The position numbers and the translations under genes were made by a program. Below the pieces are notes generated by a model, which saw nothing but the letters and a program-made list of their open reading frames with translations, did no database searches and was not told where the DNA came from. This document shows positions 13,318 to 28,234 of a DNA stretch of 64,000 nucleotides, one piece after another (the first letter of the stretch is position 1; each line of letters begins with the position of its first letter). This DNA is from Eledone cirrhosa (Eukaryota), in assembly GCA_964016885.1 (NCBI GenBank), contig OZ024743.1, forward strand, positions 260,276,001 to 260,340,000. Reading direction: 5' to 3'.

Positions 13318-13400
13318 TTTTCACCTGACGAGATCAGTGATAATCGATCATGGCTACACGATCGATCTATCTCTTATTGAAACATGTGTCATGATGAAAA
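13318..13400 (+). ncRNA. Minimal hammerhead motif in a (TA)n-flanked insert
   Basis: Reads CTGACGA-[long imperfect stem II with GATC-rich arms]-GAAA-CATGTG-TC-ATGA. Stem I is imperfect. Confidence 0.55.
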
Positions 13401-13438
13401 TGATGGGAAATTTATACCATGCCTTCGGATCTTTATTT

Positions 13439-13473
<35 letters not shown>

Positions 13474-13711
13474 AATGGAAGTTTAGTAAAATCGAAGTTT
13501 CGGCTGTAGCCAAGCTAACGATATGCAATTAGAAATATGCAGCCAAACACTCGATGAGGCTGTGCTCAGAGTAATAAACATACGTTAGATAGCAGGACAA
13601 ATTGAAAACTGTGGCAGGCAACCCAAGCCACAACACCGAAGCAACGAAAAAACTTTCAGGTTACATAACAAACCTGGACGTCTCGGAAGGCACTGCGCAG
13701 GGCCTCCGATA

Positions 13712-13777
<66 letters not shown>

Positions 13778-14349
13778 GGAATATAGGAATATTTATTGCA
13801 CCATATATACAATTTCTTCTATACATGCATATGACGTTAACTAACGGAAAAAAATCTACTAAATATTTTGAAATCTTTCTCTTATAACTAACTGAAGAAA
13901 TCACCCTAATTTTATAAAAAAGAAAAACATCTTTAACAGTCCCTACTGTAACCAATTCCTACTTATAACATATTTTCTCCTGGAAAAAAGCAGAGGTAAA
14001 TTTATAAAATTGGATATTTGAAAAAAATAAACCTTTATACAGGCTTACGCATAATATGCACTTGAAAACTAACTACCTGCCTAAAAGCTCCATACTTTGA
14101 AACCTCTCACTTTCTGATTATTGTCTTATAGTATTAATTTTTGTTTACTTTGTTCTGTATATTTCCTGAAGAGATACGCTTGTGATAAAGCATCCATAAT
14201 GGAGATAATGGTTAACTAATAATCTCTAGTTGCTCTGCAAATGAATGTGATATTCTAGCCGCACTGAAATGTTCGTAGCGATGTATGAATAAATAATCAA
14301 TCTTATCCTAGGCTTTCTTAGACTTTTGAATACATATACATACACACAT

Positions 14350-14449
<100 letters not shown>

Positions 14450-14878
14450 GCATACAAACATACTTACATGTGTATACATATACATACATTTCTATATGCC
14501 ACGCACACACATATATATACAATATGTGTATATGTGAGGAAAAGGCAGTCAATACCAAAGTAGTGTTGTTATTCTGAGTTTCAGGGACTGCTGCTGATCA
14601 CGTAACTGGAAATGATGTTTACATGATACACAGTATATGGCATATAGGTGGGTAGGAGTAACTAAGTAGCAGTATGAATATAGTATATTATATATTTCAG
14701 GATGTATTTGCTTCCATTTGCTAAAAAAGGAATTTCAAAAAATACCTGTTGTCCCATTTAATTTAATAATATATTACCCACATCCATTATATTTGCCATA
14801 TAAAATGTTATGTAAACATTATCTCCAGTTGGGTAGGTGGAACTTAGTAGTAGTAGGTGGAACTTAGAATGACAGAGA

Positions 14879-14913
<35 letters not shown>

Positions 14914-15365
14914 TATATATGCATATATATATAAGTTTACTAAGCTAGCTGAAGAGAACATGTGCAGCCCCGGATGTATATATATATATATGTATATATA
15001 TGTATATATATGTGTGTGCGAATGTGTATGAATGTATGTAAATATGCAAGTGTGTGTATATATATTTATATATATTCATGTATGTATGTATGCATTTGTA
15101 TATGTAATGTATGTATGTACGTATAAAGGGATGTATGTATGTATAAATATAGAAAGAAAGAACGGGAAAAGGTGCTTGGCAGAAATACAAATGGTGCTAA
15201 GCACATATAAAAGCCATGGAATTCGTAAATACTGAATAGGAAGAAAATATTGAGAGAAGAAAGGGAGACAAAGAGAGGCGTGGGGAACAAAGGCAACCAC
15301 TACTACTATTGCAATAAACACTACTACCACCTCTAATAACCAAATAGAAAACAAAAACATAATAT

Positions 15366-15432
<67 letters not shown>

Positions 15433-15762
15433 GGAATTCTTTAAAAGAAGTAGTAGTATTAGTATTAGTATTAGTAATAGGAGTAATAAAAAACAACAAT
15501 AATAACATTAATATATCAGCATAAAGAGATGCAATAAAAGAGAAGATATGTTGAAATAGTCGCTAGATTTGCAGTGTTGAGATAATGAAATGTATAATAG
15601 TTGCTAGATGATGATTTTAAAACAGAAATATATAGGTTTTTGCCAAACAGTTGGATATTTAGAATCATCTAGGCTTCTTGTATTACATTGCTTAATGGCC
15701 AAATACTAACAGCTGTTACCAGGATCAACCTATACATTCATATAAATGCATATATGTATATA

Positions 15763-15810
<48 letters not shown>

Positions 15811-15879
15811 ATAAGTATATATATATATGTATATATATATATATACATATATAAATATATATATATAAATATATATGTA

Positions 15880-15959
<80 letters not shown>

Positions 15960-15969
15960 GTATACATAA

Positions 15970-16084
<115 letters not shown>

Positions 16085-16276
16085 TATTTGTACCGGACAG
16101 TCATAAAATGTGTCTTAATGTATGATTTGATGTTGGCAGCGCTGGGGTGGCAGAAATGGACGGTGTGTATTAAGATGGTGAGGCAGAAGGAACAAATCTC
16201 ACAATCTCATATCTTTAGATGAAATATATTTTGTACACACACACACACTCACATACCCACTTATAAATAAATATGT

Positions 16277-16327
<51 letters not shown>

Positions 16328-16330
16328 AAC

Positions 16331-16361
<31 letters not shown>

Positions 16362-16365
16362 AACA

Positions 16366-16452
<87 letters not shown>

Positions 16453-16652
16453 AATAAGGGACATCGTCACCATTAAGTTACATTATTCCATATCTTAATC
16501 ATCTCCAAATCATTGAATATTCTGATATTAGGTTTATCATCTATTTTATTGTTTTATATATGTATGTGTGTAAACATACATACATACCAATAAATACGCA
16601 CCCACACACAAACATACATATATATAAAAGCCAGTGTCTGAGTATGTATAAG

Positions 16653-16699
<47 letters not shown>

Positions 16700-17227
16700 T
16701 GAAGTTGGTCCTTCATCAGTGATCTTCCAACCATCCTCAGTATTTCTTTGCTTTAAATATATATATGTGTGTGTTTGTGTTTATGCATATATATAGGCAT
16801 ATATATATATGTATATATATATATATAAATATGTATGTGTGTGTGTGTATGTGTGTGTATACGAAGGGATATTAAGAGAGAGTGGTGGGAGATATTGGTT
16901 TTCTTTTAACATTACTTTATACTTTTCTTTTTAATCACATCTCACCTAAAAGATAATGTTGTTTTTTTTATATACATATACATGTCTTCACTTTGGATTA
17001 ACTCAGATATTCTGAAGTACATACATAGAGAAGTACATATATACATATATACATATATACATATATATATATATACACATACTTACAGGCAGAAATGTAC
17101 ATACACACATTCGTTTACATATATATATGCACGCGAATACGGTACAGGCGTCTATATTAGTTGTATAATAAGAGATATTTTAATAAAAGAATTTGTGTAT
17201 ATGACTATATATATTAATTCTAAATTA

Positions 17228-17264
<37 letters not shown>

Positions 17265-17559
17265 TAATAGATAGATAGATTGATAGATAAATAGATAGAT
17301 AGATACACACGCACATACACACCAGTACACACAACCATATATAAATATATCATATATAAATATATGAAGTTATATTTTTCGTAGCAACCTCTGGCCATTT
17401 TGTTTTTTTCGAATATAAGGATATTTTACACGATTTTCTAAGCTATTATTCATAGCAACCATCTGTGTTCACAATTAATTTCTGTGTGAGTTTCTTACAT
17501 TTTCTATGAACTTCATAACTCCTTAGCGCTTCGAAAGTTTTACACTTTGCAAACAGTGT

Positions 17560-17995
<436 letters not shown>

Positions 17996-18050
17996 CTTTC
18001 ACTCGTGTAGGACACCTCGGTTATTTTTCCTTTTGTAAAAAAAACCTCAC

Positions 18051-18126
<76 letters not shown>

Positions 18127-18130
<4 letters not shown>

Positions 18131-18713
18131 TGGCTGCCAACTCGTTTTCGAGTACGGCCACTACTTTATATCCATGTAGGAGAACCCCTACCGATGCGCT
18201 GAACGAGTTTGACTTTTTAGTCCAGCCAGCGACTTGAAAACTCTGGTACAAACACTACACTTGTGACAATTATTGACACATAGTGCTGGGCCCATGGTAC
18301 CATGTGACGACAAGTGCAGAGAGATCTCCAGATATAAAGTAATGCCTGTGCCGTGAAGCTTTTATAGTGAGCAAAAACACTGCACAAAGCCAGTCCCACT
18401 CTCTTAACGAAGATGATATTTACCAAAAAGAAGAACAAGTCAACATCATTGGATACCATCGGGGTTGCAGGTGTTATATCAGAGTTTTCCTTCTCCTAGA
18501 ATTCTGCCTTGACAAAGGCTAAGGGGTCATCTCTCCCAGTGATTTTGGATGGCCATTGACTCTTAAGAGCTCCTTTGCCCTTTGACAGGTTTTGTTTTTA
18601 GTCCTGCAGGATGTCCAAAGTCACCCTCCTCACCAAGAAAACTTGGTGGGATTGCCAGTTTAGTCGCCAACGACCCGACCATGGGACAGGTTGTACTGGG
18701 ATACATGTTACCA
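18127..18713 (-). mobile_element. ~590-bp copy of the non-autonomous retroelement family N (5'-truncated)
   Basis: Near-identical to 50775-51384 and the other family N copies. It lacks the last ~20 bp of the full-length 5' end and sits in (TA)n. Confidence 0.85.
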
Positions 18714-18810
18714 TATATGTATATATATATAGGTACGTTATTCCGGGTTGAATCGGAGGTAACCACAGTAAGTAAGGTACTCAATACATAGCAGAGTATA
18801 AAAGTTGTAA

Positions 18811-18908
18811 TATAGATGAGATTCTACAGGACTAGAACTGTTTCATTCTTTAGAAATGATCATGATGATTTCTAAAGAATGAAACAGTTCTAGTCCTGTA
18901 GAATCTCA

Positions 18909-18914
<6 letters not shown>
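18811..18914. repeat. 104-bp palindrome centred on a hammerhead-like core
   Basis: Mirror point at 18862/18863. The right arm reads TGATGA-TTTCTAAAGAAT-GAAAC...GTC. Confidence 0.8.
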
Positions 18915-18986
<72 letters not shown>

Positions 18987-18999
18987 GCGTTAGATATTT

Positions 19000-21320
19000 T
19001 TTCTTCAAGTGTGTGCCTACATTTTGTGCATTGACAACCTTAATGAAAGACGTTTAGTTGCTTGGTGTGTGCCCGATATGTAATCCAAGATTCTTATCTA
19101 CATAACAGTGTACTCAGTACAACTTTATAAACGTGTACCTTGGTGTCCAGTTTTATGCCCATCTCATTCCAAAGGCGATAACGGAGCTTGCCAAATGCAC
19201 TTATCTCGTCATCATGAGATGCATTTGAATTCAACTTACTGCCAAGATATGTGAATGATTTCACATACTTGAGATTCTTTCCATCGACCTTTATAGGGGT
19301 ATCTGAGAACTGGGGAACTGGCGGTTTCTGTTTGACACCTTGTTTTTGTTTGGGAATAGAGCATGGTTAGTGTATCATCTCTGTTTTCTTTATGCTGATG
19401 GTAAGTCCGAAGGCTTTACTTGCAACAGAAAAACGGTTTACGTGTTCCTGGGCTTCCTCTAAATACGATGCTACAAGTACAGTGTCATCTGCAAAAAGGA
19501 GATCCGCGAATGAGGCTGGACTGTAGATGCATCTTAGCTTTGAATCTTTGATGGCTGATGTGTTCGCCACTAGTTTGAAATTGGAATCTAACACCAGTGT
19601 CTTTTTCACCAAAGGCATATTTCAGCATCACTAAGAAGAATAGCACAAAAAGAACTGGAGCTATGACAGAGCCCTTCTTTGTGCTATTTGTCACATAAAA
19701 TGAATCCGACAACTCCCCATCAAATAAAACAGGGGCTTTCAACACCTCATGGAAGAAGACAGTGATGTTAGACATCTTGTCAGGTATCCTTAGCTTCTTT
19801 AGAACTTTCCAGAGCGCTTGCCGATTTACAGTCTCAACGGCCTTAGTTAGATCTTCGAACGCCATATACAGCTCATGATCTGTCACAGACCTTCTCACCA
19901 ATCTGACAAAGAGAATAGATCATGTCGACTGTGCCATGGCCGGAACGAAAGCCACACTGTGATTCCCGTTAAATGTCATCGATAATATAATTGATGATCC
20001 TATTGAGTATCATCCTGGCTAGGATTTTACCAACAACTGACAGAAGTGTTATCCCACGATAGTTACCACATACACTCCTATTCCCCTTGTTCTTGTAGAG
20101 ATGTTTAATAGATGTGGCTTTGCAGTCCCAAAGAACAAATTGTTTTGAAGAACTCATGCAGTTTCTTGACCAGCTTTTGTCTACCATACTTATAAATCTC
20201 TGGCAGAATAGCGTCCATGCCAAATGCTTTACCGTAGGAAATTTGCTTGACGGATTCCTTCACTTCCTGCACTGTTGGTTCGAAAGGCATTTCAGGTAAC
20301 CCAGGGAAATGGACGCTATTATGTCATCATCAATGACAAAGATGGAGTTCAATACAGTTTCATAGTGCTCTTTCCATATTTTCAAGATGTTCGACTTATC
20401 TCTCAGAAGTGTCTGCCGATCAGATGAGAGAAACGGCGTGACACTACTCTCATGAGGGCCATACACCTTCCTCATCCCATCATAGAAGGCCTTAGGGATC
20501 TACCCGTCTGCATCTTATAATAGTTTAGTAGCTTTTGCAGACCAACAAATCTGAGAACACATTGAATCTGATCATGCACTTTTTGTATGCCTGCTGTTTG
20601 ATCGAATTATCCATGTTTTGTGGAACTGTGCATTTGTTGAATTAACAGCTGGAGCTAATGTTAGCATCAAATTAATCCTGGTGCTTCCGAACGGGTAGTC
20701 CGAGAACTTTTTAAGGATGCAGCATGTGTAGCATCCCGGAGAGCCTTCCAAAACGATTCTATGTTTTCAGTGATTTTAACAGAGACGAGAACTGTGTCCA
20801 TTTTCTGCAGAGCTCAGTTTGTTTCTCACGCGTTTTCAAAGGTTGGGTGTTAATGAGCTTGGGTACGGATGCCGTTTGGAGTCTTCTGTGGCCAAGACGG
20901 AAATAAATCTTATTACGAAGAGTAACATCGTGCTGTGGAAGGAGCATGTGGTGTTAATATTCCTCAAATACCATTTCTTTGTAATAATAAAGTCTACGAG
21001 GTGCTAATCCTTAGATCAAGGATATCCAGGATGTCTTGCATTAGTTTGGTTGTTAAAAGATAGTGTTGGTGATGGTTAGATTGAACTTTCTACAGATAGA
21101 AAGAAGGCGGAGATCATTTGAGTTCATTTAACCAATCCCATGTTGACCTCGTACTCCCTGCCAGGACTGATGATCTGTACCTACTCGAGAATCGATGTCC
21201 TCCATATAAATCAATTTACTCCTATGTCGCATCTCAGAGATGACATTGCGCAGTTGTTCATAGACGTTGTCTTTTACCTGCTCAGAACTGGCCACAGTTG
21301 GAGCACATCAACTGACTAGT
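19000..21320 (-). mobile_element. Decayed RTE-clade LINE (AP endonuclease remnants + reverse transcriptase), many stops and frameshifts
   Basis: Minus-strand pieces include GNYRGITLLSVVGKILARMILNR, LYMAFEDLTKAVETVNRQALWKVLKK, KKGSVIAPVLFVLFF and DLLFADD...FGLTISIKKTE. Confidence 0.85.
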
Positions 21321-21392
21321 TTTGCGTTTTATGTCAAATAAATATTTTGAATTTTGGAAGAAATTAACTTTCTCATTATTAAGTTGGTCTGA

Positions 21393-21692
21393 GGGCGGTG
21401 GATTGGCAGTATCCGTAGAGCGGCGGAAAACATGCTTTGCAGCATACTCGTATACTTACGACTTTTTACTTTCTGGGGTCAAATTTGCCTTTCATCCTTC
21501 TGAGGTCGGTAAAAAAAAGTGTCAGTCCAGTAGTAGTGTCAATTCTTCCTCTACATCTCTTTCTCTCTTCTTCTCTATCGCTCTCTCTCCTCTCTGAAGA
21601 CGGGGAACTCTTCACCAGTTTCTTTAAAGGAAATGCCCAAGAAATACCGTGTGTCACTAAAGCTCCCCTACGATTCTACAAGGAGTTACGAC
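21393..21692 (+). mobile_element. Long tRNA-derived SINE (family S2: S1-type head + ~200-bp extended tail)
   Basis: The S1-like head is followed by ...GTCAATTCTTCCTCTA...AAATGCCCAAGAAA...CCCCTACGA...GGAGTTACG, a tail shared with several other copies. Confidence 0.7.
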
Positions 21693-22398
21693 TCAAAAAA
21701 AAGAGAGATATCTCATCGGTGCAGCTCGTAACAATATTCGTAATAGCGTGGTTAAGTTTTTCAAAATTATGTCTATGTAAACCATAGTTACACCCGTAAA
21801 TGAATAGAAATAATAGATGGGACAGCAACATATTCGTACACCAAGCTGGGCGGAGTTAGTAACATTTCAGTCCTCAAAGTTAGACTGGCTCTTTCAGTAT
21901 ATCTCACCCTCCTCCAGAGTTCGAAGTGTCTCTTCTGCAAATCTGTCCTCTGTGATTGTGACGCAACATCTACGCGCTTTGTACTTTACAGAGACCGAGC
22001 TAGCAAACAGTTGAGGATATGTGTTTATATTTAAATGATAGATGGCGTTTTTTTTTTTCATTTTTACTCGCTTCACTTATCGGCTAGCGGCCATGCTGAA
22101 GCACCATCTCTAGAGATTTTAATCGATTATTACGAATCTAGCCGATTGTATTCGTAAAGTTAATTATGTTATCACTTATGTACATGTATAGAATTAATTA
22201 ATTAAAATTATTTAATTCCATTCTAGTCCTTGAGATAAACTATATTGGATATTGATTGAAAATATATAGATAACAAGGCTCTAAGTTAAAGTTTACCTCT
22301 GACTTCAATGAATGTTACCCAATTAGCGAGATAAGACGCGTATTTGTTTAGTCGGGCTCTATGCTATTTCCAATTCTTTTAAGCGCAACAATGCAATA

Positions 22399-22479
<81 letters not shown>

Positions 22480-22648
22480 TAAAATAACAGATTAAAGTTT
22501 AAGCAAAGAATCGCTGCTTTCACCCGATTGTTTGCTTAAACTTTAATCTGCTATTTTAATAAATATTTGCTCTCGGGTGTTTATATATTTGATATCTATT
22601 TATCCTTATCGAGCCCTCTTTCGATTTTAGTCTTCACATTTATTATTA

Positions 22649-22741
<93 letters not shown>

Positions 22742-22826
22742 CAAAGAAACTGTGGTAAGATACCAGGTGGACCATAACGCACCAAAGTACTCAATACTTA
22801 CGCTAGTAGAGTGGATGATAGGAAAA

Positions 22827-22929
22827 AAGTCAGGACCACGACGGCTGAGCTCCGGCCTATTCGACAACTAGATCAAAGCGTTCGGATCTAGCTATCGAAA
22901 CGGCCGGAGTTCAGCCGTCGGGGCCCTGA

Positions 22930-22932
<3 letters not shown>
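22827..22932. repeat. Fold-back of a hammerhead 3' half (same family as 4555-4649)
   Basis: AAGTCAGG...GACGGCTGAGCTCCGGCC..TTCGAC pairs with TCGAAACGGCCGGAGTTCAGCCGTCGGGGCCCTGACTT. Confidence 0.7.
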
Positions 22933-22968
<36 letters not shown>

Positions 22969-23027
22969 CAAGGCTCTGATACCATCAACACTATAAACAC
23001 AGAGCTGGCATATCTAAGAACTGACTA

Positions 23028-23083
23028 ACTGCCTGATGAGGTCATAGCCATTCAATGGCTATCATCGAAATATATATAGCAGT
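23028..23083 (+). ncRNA. Canonical minimal type I hammerhead ribozyme in a ~165-bp insert between (TA)n tracts
   Basis: Reads ACTGC-CTGATGA-GGT-c-ATAGCCA-ttcaa-TGGCTAT-c-ATC-GAAA-TATATA-TA-GCAGT-AAATAAA. Stem I is perfect and the core is intact. Confidence 0.8.
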
Positions 23084-23309
23084 AAATAAAGGATTATGAG
23101 TTATGCAATTGATTTATCTTTCGTCACTATATATATATATATATATATATATAAACACACATACACGACTCACAAATATATTTACCATTTTCATATCTGT
23201 CTATTCCTGCGAACATTCATGTGTGCATCATTATACCAATTTATCTCGCGAAATTATATAGAAGTATTTATGCATATATGGGTATATGCATAAACATATG
23301 CTGATATGC

Positions 23310-23555
23310 AGGCCACTTCGACGGCGACTTTTTGACCCTTCACTCTGATTTTGCCTTCTATTACTAGCATGTGTTATGACTACTTCGATGACCATTACTT
23401 TATACTCTCACACTAAATGTCGCTGCCTTTACTAGGACGTGTAATGACAACTTTGATGACCACTTTTTTTTTTACCCTTCACTCTGAATTTGACTGTTAT
23501 TTCTAGCGCGTGTATAGACCAATTCGATGACGACGACTTTTTTTTTTTACCCTTC
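23310..23555. repeat. Degenerate ~60-bp tandem repeat (about 4 copies)
   Basis: ACTTCGATGAC...TTTTACCCTTCACTCTGA...CTAG recurs. Confidence 0.7.
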
Positions 23556-23944
23556 CAGCTCACCCACCAGCCAGCTCCCCATTCTTTCTGTTGGCAAGCC
23601 ATCATCACTCCGCCACATCAAACCATCCTCATCTCCGTTCTCTGAAATATTTCCGCCTCTATAAACAGGCATAAAATCATGATAGCGAATGTTTTATCTT
23701 GACCAGCTGTTACAATGTTGTAAAGCCCGGCCGAATACATATATATATTTTTGCCTCGTTTTGCTACTTAAATAGCACAACAACGGCAGTTTAATACTAA
23801 TAAAGGAAACTACAACATCCAATGGTGGCTTTTCAATTCTGTTGACATTTAGCATACGATATAGCATTTTATGAATAGAGAATTTGTTGAGGGAGGAACG
23901 CTGCAGGCGGACTGAAATAGTCTTGCTTATGTTCTAGTTCTTGT

Positions 23945-24245
23945 TCTTGCTGTTGGTGGTAGTGATGGTGATTGCTGTTGTTGTGGTAGTGATGGTGATT
24001 GCTGTTGTTGTGGTAGTGGTGGTGGTGGTGATGGTGTTGGTGGTGTTGGTGGTGAGGGTAGTGGCAATGGTAGTGATTGTGGTAGTGGTGGTAATGTTGA
24101 TATTGGTGGTGGAGTTAGTGGTGGTGATAGTGGTGTTGGTGGTGGTAATGGTTGGGATGGTAGTGGTGGTGGTGAAGGCAGCGGTAGTGATGGTGGTATT
24201 TGTGGTGATCGTGGTGATGGTGTGATGGTGGTGGTGGTAGTAGTG
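23945..24245. repeat. Degenerate (GGT)n tract
   Basis: Directly visible. Confidence 0.9.
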
Positions 24246-24337
24246 CTACTACACATGTCATTATTGGTGAGATCGGTGCACGTGATGATCTGACAATTGT
24301 CACACAGAAACGCATGCTTATATATACACACAGAGAC

Positions 24338-24369
<32 letters not shown>

Positions 24370-24518
24370 GTGTAGGTGATTCAGTGAATTACTAGTGGTG
24401 GTACAATGCGATGCACAATAAAAGTCTAAATACATGTAAACGAAACTTCATCGTTCTTATTGATACACACACACACACACACACATACACACACACACAC
24501 ACACACAGAGACACACAG

Positions 24519-24597
<79 letters not shown>

Positions 24598-24789
24598 TAT
24601 ATGTGAGAGATGAGGAAGGTGAATGTAAGAATTTGTGATTGAAGAATCAAAAAGAAAAATAACAGTGAAGTGACAAAAGGGGTGAAAGACAGAGACAGAA
24701 TATAAAGGGATAGAAATATGGAAATGAATATATCACACTATATACATATATATATATAGAAACGCATGCTTATATATACACACAGAGAC

Positions 24790-24909
<120 letters not shown>

Positions 24910-25056
24910 CGTACGTGCGTATATATATATGTATATTTGTATATTTATGTTTATATATATATATTTATATTTATACATTTATATATATATATATATATAC
25001 ATATATATATACATATCATATATATATGTATATCTATATCTATATATATATATCTG

Positions 25057-25097
<41 letters not shown>

Positions 25098-25467
25098 ACA
25101 TCTATATGTACAGCTATATATATATATGTATATTTGTGTGTATGTATCTATGCATACATAAGTATATAAGTATTTATAGGCGTGTGAGTGTGTATGTACG
25201 TATGTATACGTAATGGTATATGCTACCGTCAGCTTGTTTACTCATTGAGCCTGAGATAAATGGTTATTATTATATGTTAAGATGTAACAGGACGATTCAG
25301 CAACGGATGGCGACTATAAAACGTTGGGTAGATTTCATATTGGAAATAGCTTGTTTGTAAATGTATATACAATTGTTGCTGGATTATATTGAGGGTTGTT
25401 GTATAGGAAAGAGAGAGCGAGAGAGAGAGAGGGAGGGGCGAGAGAGTGAGAGAAAGAGAGTTATATG

Positions 25468-25502
<35 letters not shown>

Positions 25503-25594
25503 TATATATATATATATATATATATAAATATATATATATGAAACTAATAAACTTTTGTATGTACTGCCTCTCTCTTTTATTCCCGTTCCATTTT

Positions 25595-25633
<39 letters not shown>

Positions 25634-25652
25634 AGTGAAAGAGAGTTATATG

Positions 25653-25690
<38 letters not shown>

Positions 25691-25709
25691 AGTGAAAGAG
25701 AGTTATATG

Positions 25710-25755
<46 letters not shown>

Positions 25756-25877
25756 AGTGAAAGAGAGTTATATGCAATATATATATATATATATATATAT
25801 AATACATACATACATATATATTTATATACATATTTGTATATATAACATACACGCACACACACGCACACACACACACA

Positions 25878-26020
<143 letters not shown>

Positions 26021-26088
26021 TTGTAGGATTATACTGCAGTATACAGGACAAGAAAGACGTAAAACGTGTTAAGTCTATGTTTCATTTA

Positions 26089-27860
26089 ACAGAGGGTGAG
26101 AGTGGTAGAGAAAGAGAGGGTAAGAGAGGTAGATAATGAGGGTGAGAGTGGTAGAGAATGAGGGTGAGAGTGGTAGAGAAAGAGAGGGTAAGAGAGGTAG
26201 ATAATGAGGGTGAGAGTGGTAGAGAAAGAGAGGGTAAGAGAGGTAGATAATGAGGGTGAGAGTGGTAGAGAATGAGGGGAGAGAGGTAGAGAAAGAGAGG
26301 GTGAGAGTGGTAGAGAATGGGGGTGAGAGAGAAAGAGAAAGAGAGGGTGAGAGTGGTAGAGAAAGAGAGGGTAAGAGAGGTAGATAATGAGGGTGAGAGT
26401 GGTAGAGAATGAGGGTGAGAGTGGTAGAGAAAGAGAGGGTGAGAGTGGTAGAGAATGGGGGTGAGAGAGAAAGAGAAAGAGAGGGTGAGAGTGGTAGAGA
26501 AAGAGAGGGTAAGAGAGGTAGATAATGACGGTGAGAGTGGTAGAGAATGAGGGGAGAGAGGTAGAGAAAGAGAGGGTGAGAGTGGTAGAGAATGGGGGTG
26601 AGAGAGAAAGAGAAAGAGAGGGTGAGAGTGGTAGAGAAAGAGAGGGTAAGAGAGGTAGATAATGAGGGTGAGAGTGGTAGAGAATGAGGGTGAGAGTGGT
26701 AGAGAAAGAGAGGGTGAGAGTGGTAGAGAATGGGGGTGAGAGAGAAAGAGAAAGAGAGGGTGAGAGTGGTAGAGAAAGAGAGGGTAAGAGAGGTAGATAA
26801 TGACGGTGAGAGTGGTAGAGAATGAGGGGAGAGAGGTAGAGAAAGAGAGGGTGAGAGTGGTAGAGAATGGGGGTGAGAGAGAAAGAGAAAGAGAGGGTGA
26901 GAGTGGTAGAGAAAGAGAGGGTAAGAGAGGTAGATAATGAGGGTGAGAGTGGTAGAGAATGAGGGTGAGAGTGGTAGAGAAAGAGAGGGTGAGAGTGGTA
27001 GAGAATGGGGGTGAGAGAGAAAGAGAAAGAGAGGGTGAGAGTGGTAGAGAAAGAGAGGGTAAGAGAGGTAGATAATGACGGTGAGAGTGGTAGAGAATGA
27101 GGGGAGAGAGGTAGAGAAAGAGAGGGTGAGAGTGGTAGAGAATGGGGGTGAGAGAGAAAGAGGAAGAGAGGGTGAGAGTGGTAGAGAAAGAGAGGGTAAG
27201 AGAGGTAGATAATGACGGTGAGAGTGGTAGAGAATGAGGGTGAGAGAGGTAGAGAAAGAGAGGGTGAGAGTGGTAGAGAATGGGGGTGAGAGAGGAAGAG
27301 GAAGAGAGGGTGAGAGTGGTAGAGAAAGAGAGGGTAAGAGAGGTAGATAATGGCGGTGAGAGTGGTAGAGAATGAGGGTGAGAGAGGTAGAGAAAGAGAG
27401 GGTGAGAGTGGTAGAGAATGGGGGTGAGAGAGGAAGAGGAAGAGAGGGTGAGAGTGGTAGAGAATGGGGGTGAGAGAGGAAGAGGAAGAGAGGGTGAGAG
27501 TGGTAGAGAAAGAGAGGGTAAGAGAGGTAGATAATGACGGTGAGAGTGGTAGAGAATGAGGGTGAGAGAGGTAGAGAAAGAGAGGGTGAGAGTGGTAGAG
27601 AAAGAGGGTGAGAGAGGTGGAGAAAGAGGGTGAGAGAGGTAGAGAAAAAGTGTGAGTGTGGTAGAGAGTGTTTGGTAGGGAAAGAGGGTGAGAGTAGTAG
27701 AGAAAGAGAGAATAAACGATAGAGAAAAAGGTATTGAGAGTGGTAGAGAAAGAGGGTGTGAGAGGTAGAGAAAGAGAGAGTGAGAGACATAGAGAAAGAG
27801 TGTGAGAGGGGTAAAGAAAGAGAGAGTGAGAGAACAAGTGAAATAGCGTGAGAGTGGTAA
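26089..27860. repeat. Purine-rich minisatellite (core GAGGGTGAGAGTGGTAGAGAA) with 275-bp higher-order period
   Basis: The diagnostic variant GAGGGGA recurs at 26274, 26549, 26824 and 27099. The + strand is almost devoid of C. Confidence 0.92.
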
Positions 27861-28234
27861 ATAAAACACAAAATTGTTATAAATGACACTAACATTAGAA
27901 AATCAAGTAAAATTATCTTAGGCACAGAAATCTATATCTAATACAGAGAGGAGTGCGGGACAGTGTCCAGAATATATTTATTTTTATCCCATTTGTAAAA
28001 TAAGTTGGATTACTTTGAATAAATAATGAATGAATATTACATAATTTATCTAAATTTCGTAACTTTTGATTAAACATAAATAATTTTATTGTTATTTCAA
28101 GATTCACTTCTTTTAAAAGTTTCAAATTTCAACACTTCCGGTATATTGCCACGACCGCTACCACTTCAACTACAATATATGTAAGAATATTTTCGAAACA
28201 GCGAGTGGGTTTGAAATTATTAGAAATGTAAGCT

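Noticed and set aside
25631-25800. CRISPR-like repeat-spacer pattern
   Set aside because: The spacers are pure (TA)n, the context is eukaryotic and there are no cas genes.
26075-27925. Three overlapping 580-616-aa minus-strand ORFs
   Set aside because: All three frames are open only because the minisatellite composition excludes stop codons. No domain content.
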